Position numbers and translations under genes: made by a program
Origin: Bacillota bacterium
Lineage (GTDB): Bacteria; Bacillota; Sulfobacillia; JAMCWA01
Direction of reading: 5' to 3'
Length of the DNA: 64,000 nt
NCBI GenBank assembly: GCA_023475165.1
Contig: JAMCWA010000088.1
Span: 130,298-194,297, forward strand
Part shown: positions 57,742 through 64,000 of the stretch, piece after piece
Layout: the number at the start of each line of letters is the position of its first letter
Position numbering within the stretch: position 1 is the first letter of the stretch
The notes under the pieces: model-generated
What the model was told of the DNA's origin: nothing
What the model saw: the letters and a program-made list of their open reading frames with translations, nothing else
The model's database searches: none

Positions 57742-59088
57742 TTACGAACCAGTGGCCACCAGATAACCCTCTCCCCTGGCCCGCAGCCTTTCCGGCATGA
57801 TATCATGAGCCACCAAATCGGCATAGGTTTCCCGGCGCACAATAAGGTCGGCCTGACCACTGTGCACCAAGACCACCGCCGGACGACCAAAACGGTTGTA
57901 GTTGCTGGCCATGGAATAGTGATAGGCGCCCGTGGAAAAGACAGCCAGAAGATCGCCCGGGGTGACCCTGGGTAAGGGGGCGTCCCAAAGGAGCATATCC
58001 CCCGACTCACAAAACCGCCCAGCAATGGAGACCACGTGCTCCAAGGGGGCGTCGGCCCGGTTGGCCACTATCGCTTCATATTTCGCGCCATAGAGGGCGA
58101 CCCGGGGATTATCAGCCATACCGCCGTCCACGGCCACGTAGGTTCGCACCCCGGGGATCTCCTTGATGGAACCGATGCGGTAAAGGGTGAGGCCGGCATC
58201 CCCGATGATGGAACGGCCCGGCTCCAGGATTAGCCTCGGCGCCTCCAGACCCAGCTCACGGACCTTCCGCACGACGGTTTCGACCACGTCCTTCAGAAAG
58301 ACAGCTACCAGAGGTGGATCATCCTGGGAAAGATAGCGGATCCCCAAGCCACCACCCAGATCCAGTTCCTTCACCGCCAGCCCCAGCTCTCGCTTCACCC
58401 GGGCCACAAAATTCAGTAATACTTCCGCCGCCAACTGGTAGGGGGCCGCTTCAAAGACTTGGGAACCGATATGGCTATGGAACCCCAACAGTCTTATGTT
58501 TCTTAGACTCATGGCCAGGCGGACCGCCGAAAAAGCTTGGTCCCCGACCAAACCAATGCCGAACTTGGAATCAACCTGACCGGTTTGAATGTACTCGTGG
58601 GTATGGGCTTCGACCCCGGGGGTCAGCCGCAAGAGGATGCTGGCCTTCTTCCCCTGGCGAGCAGCCAGAGCATTTAGAAGCTCCAGTTCATAGAGGTTGT
58701 CGACCACGATGCGCCCGACCCCGGATTCCAGGGCCAGGTTGAGCTCCTCTTCCGACTTATTGTTGCCGTGAAAGAAGATTTTCTCCGGCGGAAAATCGGC
58801 CCTCAGGGCGGTGTAAAGTTCCCCGCCCGAGACCACATCCAGCCCCAAACCCTCTTCATCCATCAATCGACACATTGCTGTAGTCAAGAAGGCCTTTCCA
58901 GCGTAAAGGACGAGGCTGTTGGGATAGGCTCGGACCAAGGTCTCCTGATAAGCCCGCGCCTTGCGGCGGATAGTGGCCTCATCCATGACATAAAGCGGTG
59001 TCCCGAAGATCTGGGCCAAATCGACGGCATCACAACCCCCGATCTCCAGGTGGCCGGCATTGATCTTAATGGTCTCGTTGTAAGGCAA
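57742..59088 (-). CDS. lysA: diaminopimelate decarboxylase
   Basis: PLP-dependent fold-III 'YAGKAF' and 'GGGLGI'. TTG start ('PYNETIKINAGHLEIGG') after a GGAGGAG RBS; the longer ORF is an artefact. Confidence 0.85.
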   Translation of the reverse strand: MPYNETIKINAGHLEIGGCDAVDLAQIFGTPLYVMDEATIRRKARAYQETLVRAYPNSLVLYAGKAFLTTAMCRLMDEEGLGLDVVSGGELYTALRADFPPEKIFFHGNNKSEEELNLALESGVGRIVVDNLYELELLNALAARQGKKASILLRLTPGVEAHTHEYIQTGQVDSKFGIGLVGDQAFSAVRLAMSLRNIRLLGFHSHIGSQVFEAAPYQLAAEVLLNFVARVKRELGLAVKELDLGGGLGIRYLSQDDPPLVAVFLKDVVETVVRKVRELGLEAPRLILEPGRSIIGDAGLTLYRIGSIKEIPGVRTYVAVDGGMADNPRVALYGAKYEAIVANRADAPLEHVVSIAGRFCESGDMLLWDAPLPRVTPGDLLAVFSTGAYHYSMASNYNRFGRPAVVLVHSGQADLIVRRETYADLVAHDIMPERLRARGEGYLVATGS

Positions 59089-59590
59089 AGGTACTTCACT
59101 CCTCCATAAATTGATGGAAAGATAGGCTGCTCCGGGTCGGGAGGCGGCCCGGTGGGAGGCCCGGCAAAGTCTGCCGGCGTCTTGGCTACCATAGCTTTTC
59201 AGCCATCTCCTCCTCACTCCGAACATGACTCGCAACAAATACAAAAACGTCCGAGCGTATCCACCCGGACGCACCTATCCTGGGATACCCCCTCTCTCCC
59301 TCATTGTGAGATAGCGCTCCACTGGTAACCAAGGGAAGAGCCACCAGTGACAGTCCGGCAACTCTTCGTTGCCGGCCCAGCCTGATCACCTGGGCGGTTA
59401 TCAGACTTCGGCGGAGATCCCTTTCCTCGCCCTTCCTGGCTGCCTTGCTCCAGGCGGTACTCTTGATCCTCCGCGCCTCTACCTCACCTCTTGGAGAGAT
59501 GAGGTAATCAGTATTAAATTGACACCGTGCAAGTCAAACCTTGGAACTACTCTAATTTTAACATGTCCACTCTCGGGGCGCAATCATTTT

Positions 59591-61057
59591 TTATTTTAGT
59601 CCGGCCTTGCGCAGCCGATATTGCAGAGTCTGACGCGGTAACCCGAGCCGACGCGCCGCCTCCGAAAGATTCCCCCCGCTTTCGGCCAGGGCCTCACGAA
59701 GAAACTCCCCCTCTAACTTCCTGATGGCCTCGCGAATGGGTTCCCTGGTCCCGCCAGGGGTGATCGGGGAGGGGTGGCCAACCAAGGAGGTACTCCCGCT
59801 TTCCCTATACTCATCGACGCCCGGCGCGTAATTCCTGATCCTCTCCGGAAGGTGCCCAACCTCAAGAAGGTCACCATCCATCAGACTCAAGGCCCCTTCC
59901 AGGGTGTGCTTCAGTTCTCTGACGTTCCCTGGCCAGGGATAGAGAGAAAACTTGTGGAAAACCTCCGGGGAGATAGTCGGCAGGCGGTGTCCCCCTTTCC
60001 TTTCGAACTCCCGGGCAAAATGCTCGACCAACAGCGTAATATCCTCCCGCCTCTCTCTTAAAGGGGGCAATCGGATTGACAGGACGTTTAAACGATAAAA
60101 GAGGTCTTCCCGCAGGAGTGCCCGTCCCAGGGCCTCTTCCGGGGTGAGATTGGTGGCGGCGATGACCCTGACATGCACCGAACGTTCCCGAGTCGCCCCC
60201 AAACGACGAATGCGCCCCTCCTCCAACCCACGAAGGAGTTTGGCCTGCAGATCCAGTTGCATGGAGGTGATTTCATCCAAGAAAAGAGTCCCACCGTCCG
60301 CCAGCTCAAAGAGTCCTGGTCTGGCTTCCGAACCGGTAAAGCTACCCTTCACCGTACCAAAGAGAATGGAATCCAGGAGGGTGGCGGGCAGGGCGGCACA
60401 GTTTTGGGCAATGAAAGGGCCCTCTCGCCGCTGGCTGGCCTGGTGGATAGACTGCGCCACGATCTCCTTGCCCGTCCCGGTTTCACCACTGACGAAGACG
60501 GGGGCCTCGTGCTCGGCGGCCCGCAGGATGAACCTCCTCACCTCGGCGATGGCTCGGCTCTCTCCCTTCAGATCGCTGAGCTGATACCTGGTGGGGGGGA
60601 CCCTGCTCCGTCCCCCGGCCGCATCCCGGAGCCTGGCCTCCAAGTCATTAACTCGCTCGGCCAGGCGCTTGATGTGGGTGATGTCTTTGGAGACCTCTAC
60701 GGCGCCGATGAGACGACCGCCAGAATGAATGGGCAGGGTGGTATTGATGGTGGTAATCTGTTTGCCGCGAAAATTGGTATAGGTCTGCTGCTGGTCCACA
60801 ATCGGTTGGCCAGTGTCCAGAACCCGCAGAAGGGTGCTGGTTTCCCGAGAAAGAGAAGGGAAAACCTGGAGCAGGTCTTGCCCCAAGATCTCGTCTTGCT
60901 CTACGCCTTCCAGTCGTGCGGCGGCTTGATTATAAAAGACGGTGATTCCCCGGAGATCGACGGCGTGAATTCCTTCCTCGACCGACTCCAGGATAGCCTT
61001 CAGGAAGGGCTCTGCCTCCTGACCTCCCCAACGGTTCTCTCCCCCAAGAGCAACCAT
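59591..61057 (-). CDS. sigma-54-dependent transcriptional activator with N-terminal PAS sensor domains
   Basis: PAS ('ILESVEEGIHAVD'). AAA+ region with 'GETGTGKE' and the GAFTGA-like 'GSFTGS' loop. C-terminal Fis-type HTH. Confidence 0.85.
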   Translation of the reverse strand: MVALGGENRWGGQEAEPFLKAILESVEEGIHAVDLRGITVFYNQAAARLEGVEQDEILGQDLLQVFPSLSRETSTLLRVLDTGQPIVDQQQTYTNFRGKQITTINTTLPIHSGGRLIGAVEVSKDITHIKRLAERVNDLEARLRDAAGGRSRVPPTRYQLSDLKGESRAIAEVRRFILRAAEHEAPVFVSGETGTGKEIVAQSIHQASQRREGPFIAQNCAALPATLLDSILFGTVKGSFTGSEARPGLFELADGGTLFLDEITSMQLDLQAKLLRGLEEGRIRRLGATRERSVHVRVIAATNLTPEEALGRALLREDLFYRLNVLSIRLPPLRERREDITLLVEHFAREFERKGGHRLPTISPEVFHKFSLYPWPGNVRELKHTLEGALSLMDGDLLEVGHLPERIRNYAPGVDEYRESGSTSLVGHPSPITPGGTREPIREAIRKLEGEFLREALAESGGNLSEAARRLGLPRQTLQYRLRKAGLK

Positions 61058-61172
61058 AACGGGCACCCCCCGGGTAAGATTATAGCACAGCCGGAACTTC
61101 TCTCCATCCCCCCGACCGTCCTGCACCCGGGCTCGATTTAGCCGAAAGATTCTTGCCGCGCTGCGGCCCTTC

Positions 61173-62159
61173 TCAATCCCCCCCGGCGGCCCGATCTTCC
61201 CTGGGTTCCACGTAGTCCCACTTGCCGCAACGGCTTCCCCACCGCGCCACCAAAGTCTTTTCCATTGAGATCTCCACGATTTCACAGTTATTGGCGCAGT
61301 CGTGACACTCAAAGGTCCGGGTGGAGAAATCGAGGTCGGCCACCCCGAAGCCCCGGAAATTGGTGGTCTTTGTCTTCAGCGCCGCTTCCATAGCCAGGAG
61401 AGCCGCCCCCACCGCCCCCATGACCCGGTGCTGCTCCGGGATCGTGACCTCAAATCCCAAGGCCTCCTCAAAGGCGCGCTTCATCCCGACATTGGAAGCC
61501 ACACCCCCCTGAAAAAGTACAGGGGGCCGGATGTCTTTCCCCTTGGCCACGTTATTTAAGAAGTTGCGCACCAGGGCCTGGCAAAGGCCCCGGACGATAT
61601 CTTTGGTCTCATGTCCCATTTGCTGTTTATGGATCATGTCTGACTCAGCAAAGACGGCACAACGGCCAGCGATGCGGACCGGATTCCTGGATTCCAAGGC
61701 CAAGGCACCAAAAGACTCGATGGGGATGTTGAGCCGGGCGGCCTGTCGATCCAAAAAGGAACCAGTCCCAGCGGCGCAGACGGTGTTCATGGCGAAGTCC
61801 ACCACAACCCCGTCGTTCAAGAGGATGATCTTGGAGTCCTGGCCACCGATTTCTAGAATGGTCTGTACTGCAGGGACCAGTTCCAGAGCGGCGACGGCGT
61901 GGGCGGTGATTTCATTTTTCACACTGTCGGCCCCCACCAGGACACCGGCCAGTTGACGACCACTCCCCGTAGTCCCGACCCCGGAGACCCTAACCCCTTC
62001 GGGCAGTTCCGCCCGAATCCGGCGGAGCCCCTCCCGGATCATCTTAACCGGTTGACCCATGGTCATCATGTAGGTGGAGGTGACGACCCGCTTTTGGCGG
62101 TCGATGGCGGTCATCTTGGTGCTGACGGAGCCGACATCAATTCCCAGAAAGACTTCCAA
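61173..62159 (-). CDS. acyl-CoA dehydratase activase (BadF/BadG/BcrA/BcrD ATPase family)
   Basis: 'FLGIDVGSVSTK' ASKHA phosphate-1 motif and 'CAAGTGSFLD'. C-terminal Cys cluster 'CHDCANNC…C'. TTG start with GGGGGTG RBS. Confidence 0.8.
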   Translation of the reverse strand: MEVFLGIDVGSVSTKMTAIDRQKRVVTSTYMMTMGQPVKMIREGLRRIRAELPEGVRVSGVGTTGSGRQLAGVLVGADSVKNEITAHAVAALELVPAVQTILEIGGQDSKIILLNDGVVVDFAMNTVCAAGTGSFLDRQAARLNIPIESFGALALESRNPVRIAGRCAVFAESDMIHKQQMGHETKDIVRGLCQALVRNFLNNVAKGKDIRPPVLFQGGVASNVGMKRAFEEALGFEVTIPEQHRVMGAVGAALLAMEAALKTKTTNFRGFGVADLDFSTRTFECHDCANNCEIVEISMEKTLVARWGSRCGKWDYVEPREDRAAGGD

Positions 62160-62199
62160 ATCTACTTTCACCCCCTCTTACTTTCAGGGCGACGCCCGG

Positions 62200-62255
62200 G
62201 CGATTGGTCGTCCTCGCTTGCGGTGCCCGCCGGCAATCGCCCGACCGTCACCAGG
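62200..62255. repeat. degenerate IR element (second copy) immediately 5' of the activase gene
   Basis: Minus-strand sense: 'gggcgattgccggcgggcaccgcaagcgaggacgaccaatcgcccgggcgtcgccc'. It can form a GGGCGATTG/CAATCGCCC stem. Confidence 0.5.
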
Positions 62256-62303
62256 CTACGGCTTTTTCATCCACTGGCGGCGTTAACTCAGGCAGTATGA
62301 AGA

Positions 62304-63500
62304 TCATTCTTCTTGGGCCAGGGCGGTTCTCCGCCGTTCCAGAAGGTCGACAAAAGCTTCCAGGCGGGTACGGATACCGGCCTCGCCGGATTGCTCGTCC
62401 AGGATCAGGGTCAAGACCGGGATGTTCTTCTCCTGACTTACGCGGGGGAGAATGCTCTGAGCCACAATTTCCGGCATACAGGTGAATGGCATCAATTGAA
62501 TGACTCCGTCGAAGCCTTGCTGTGCATAAAGGACGGTATTCCCAACGCTATCCAGGCCGTCGCCACCAACAAAGTGCCGCAGGTAAGGTGCGGCTGCCTC
62601 GGCGACGCGGCTTTCCTTCTTCTTCTTCCAACGCAGGGCATCGAGAAAGAGGTGGGTCTTGATCCAGTCGCTGAGATAAAGGGAACGTTCCACCTCGGCT
62701 CCCAGTTCCCCCAGAGCCTCTTCCAGATGCAGATTGGCAAATGGCTCCAGGAGCATGAAGATCTCCCCCACCAGACCGATGCGCACGGGGCTAACGCCCG
62801 ACTTTCGGGGTATATTGTTGAGGATTTCCTCTCCCCTGGCCAGGGCCGACCTGGTCTCCTGGATATCCCCGGCCTGGTCGATGAGAGCCAAGGCCTGACG
62901 GTAGGCGGCCGTGGTGGAACCACGCCGTCCTTCCCGCGGCCGTACCCGATGACTCAGGCGTTCGACCTCATCGACCGCCAAAAACTTCTCCCAACCCAGC
63001 TGTAAGGCTGCCCAGACCTGCCGCAAGGATCTCTTACCGGTCAAACGGCGGATTTTCTCCAGGAGCTCACCCAAGTGCCCGCGCGGCGGCTCCAGGACCA
63101 CCATCTCCAGTTCATAGCCCAGATCACGCAGGATCTCCCGCTGGACCTCGGCATAATAGCCAAAGCGGCAGGGGCCGATCCCCCCCGCCATGATCACGGT
63201 ATCGGCCCCCCGGTGGTGGGCCTCGATGAAGTCGCCCAAGTTGACCTTCAGGGGGAAGCAGGCAAACTCCGGGGAGTGTTTGACCCCGAAATTCAGGCTG
63301 TTCTTGCTGGGCAGAGGCGGTACTACCACCTCCAACCCCAATTCCTGCAAGATGGCCCGCACCGGGATATAGAGGTTACCCATATGGGGAAAGGTTACCT
63401 TCAAGCTAATCCAACCCCTACTATGAAGAACTCCGGTTTCCGCCAGCTTACTGGGTCTGGGTCGACATAATCGAATCTCCTCAATGACCTGCCCCGCCAT
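62304..63500 (-). CDS. 2-hydroxyacyl-CoA dehydratase D-component-like (HgdB/DUF2229) subunit
   Basis: 'FPHMGN', 'SPEFACFPLK', 'GPCRFGYY', and C-terminal 'LDEQSGEAGIRTRLEAFVDL'. Confidence 0.6.
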   Translation of the reverse strand: MAGQVIEEIRLCRPRPSKLAETGVLHSRGWISLKVTFPHMGNLYIPVRAILQELGLEVVVPPLPSKNSLNFGVKHSPEFACFPLKVNLGDFIEAHHRGADTVIMAGGIGPCRFGYYAEVQREILRDLGYELEMVVLEPPRGHLGELLEKIRRLTGKRSLRQVWAALQLGWEKFLAVDEVERLSHRVRPREGRRGSTTAAYRQALALIDQAGDIQETRSALARGEEILNNIPRKSGVSPVRIGLVGEIFMLLEPFANLHLEEALGELGAEVERSLYLSDWIKTHLFLDALRWKKKKESRVAEAAAPYLRHFVGGDGLDSVGNTVLYAQQGFDGVIQLMPFTCMPEIVAQSILPRVSQEKNIPVLTLILDEQSGEAGIRTRLEAFVDLLERRRTALAQEE

Positions 63501-64000
63501 ATCCGGCCCGGGCCTTCCGACGAGCGATCATATCGATGAAGGCCTCCAGACGGGTAGCCAGTCCGGCTTCGCCGGTGTGCTCGTCTACTGTCAACAGCAT
63601 AAAGGGCCGCCGTCCCTTCCTGACCTTCCTTTCGACAATTTCTCCGACCATGGAATCTGGGCCACAGCCAAAGGAGGCCACATTGATAATACCATCGACG
63701 CCCCCCTTGTCCAAAAGATGGAGGGCCGCCCCCAGGATCCGCTTCTCATAAGTCCAAAAGAGGGGTTTTTGCAGATGAGCCAGGCCTCCTTTTATGTCCT
63801 GAGCTGGGATCTGCTCTGGGGTGATGACTCTGGCCCCCAGCGATCTGAGCTTCCTCAGAAGATTCAGGCTGATTTGTGCGTCGTAAAGGATATAGGGATG
63901 CCCCAAAACGGCCACCGTTAGATCGAGGGATGGCCCGCCAGTGGATTTACCCCTGCCCTCCAGGATTTCAATGGCCTCGTATAAGGTGGCCCCCCGGGCT
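63481..64000 (-). CDS. second HgdB-like dehydratase subunit, 3' portion (gene continues beyond window)
   Basis: 'GHPYILYD…SFGCGPDS…VDEHTGEAGLATRLEAFIDM' aligns with the C-terminal half of the neighbouring 398-aa protein. Confidence 0.5.
   Translation of the reverse strand, partial: ARGATLYEAIEILEGRGKSTGGPSLDLTVAVLGHPYILYDAQISLNLLRKLRSLGARVITPEQIPAQDIKGGLAHLQKPLFWTYEKRILGAALHLLDKGGVDGIINVASFGCGPDSMVGEIVERKVRKGRRPFMLLTVDEHTGEAGLATRLEAFIDMIARRKARAGYGGAGH

Noticed and set aside
62172-62303. Sigma-54 promoter upstream of the activase gene
   Set aside because: 'GGCACCGCAAGC' has the wrong GG–GC spacing for a -24/-12 element. The motif is part of the inverted-repeat element instead.

Overview
This GC-rich 64 kb window looks like chromosome of an endospore-forming Firmicute (Clostridia-like). 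The evidence is a SpoIIIE/FtsK gene, dipicolinate synthase dpaAB, a Spo0E-like gene, the ytfI–ytfJ pair, and the conserved rimP-nusA-ylxR-ylxQ-infB-ylxP-rbfA-nrnA-truB-ribF-rpsO-pnp block. Almost all genes lie on the minus strand.

The main exception is a compact plus-strand gas-vesicle locus at about 11.7–17.55 kb: gvpA-N-F-G-J-K-L-S-(unknown)-O, with no gvpC. Several of its members are unusual. The GvpJ paralogue carries a C-terminal CxxC…CxxC zinc ribbon. The GvpL/F paralogue has an N-terminal domain resembling the archaeal/eukaryotic ribosomal stalk (aL12/P1/P2) dimerisation domain, followed by a long Pro/Glu/Thr-rich linker. There is also an orphan basic coiled-coil ORF.

The second notable feature is a very dense family of modular, MITE-like dispersed repeats, at least 18 loci in 64 kb. 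They are bounded by CTAG plus the inverted repeat GGAGACCGCTG… The flanking CTAG supplies the TAG stop codon of at least five host genes (gvpJ, dpaA, M16 peptidase, nusA, scpB), and the murC TGA stop codon lies inside the TIR. One copy splits gvpJ from gvpK, one splits dpaA from dpaB, and a solo-TIR palindrome sits between nusA and ylxR.

Other notable loci are a tandem nitrilase-superfamily pair in which the second member appears catalytically dead, a Ku/LigD NHEJ operon, and a sigma54 activator with an acyl-CoA dehydratase activase and two HgdB-like subunits at the window edge. Many long opposite-strand ORFs in the six-frame track are GC-driven artefacts.
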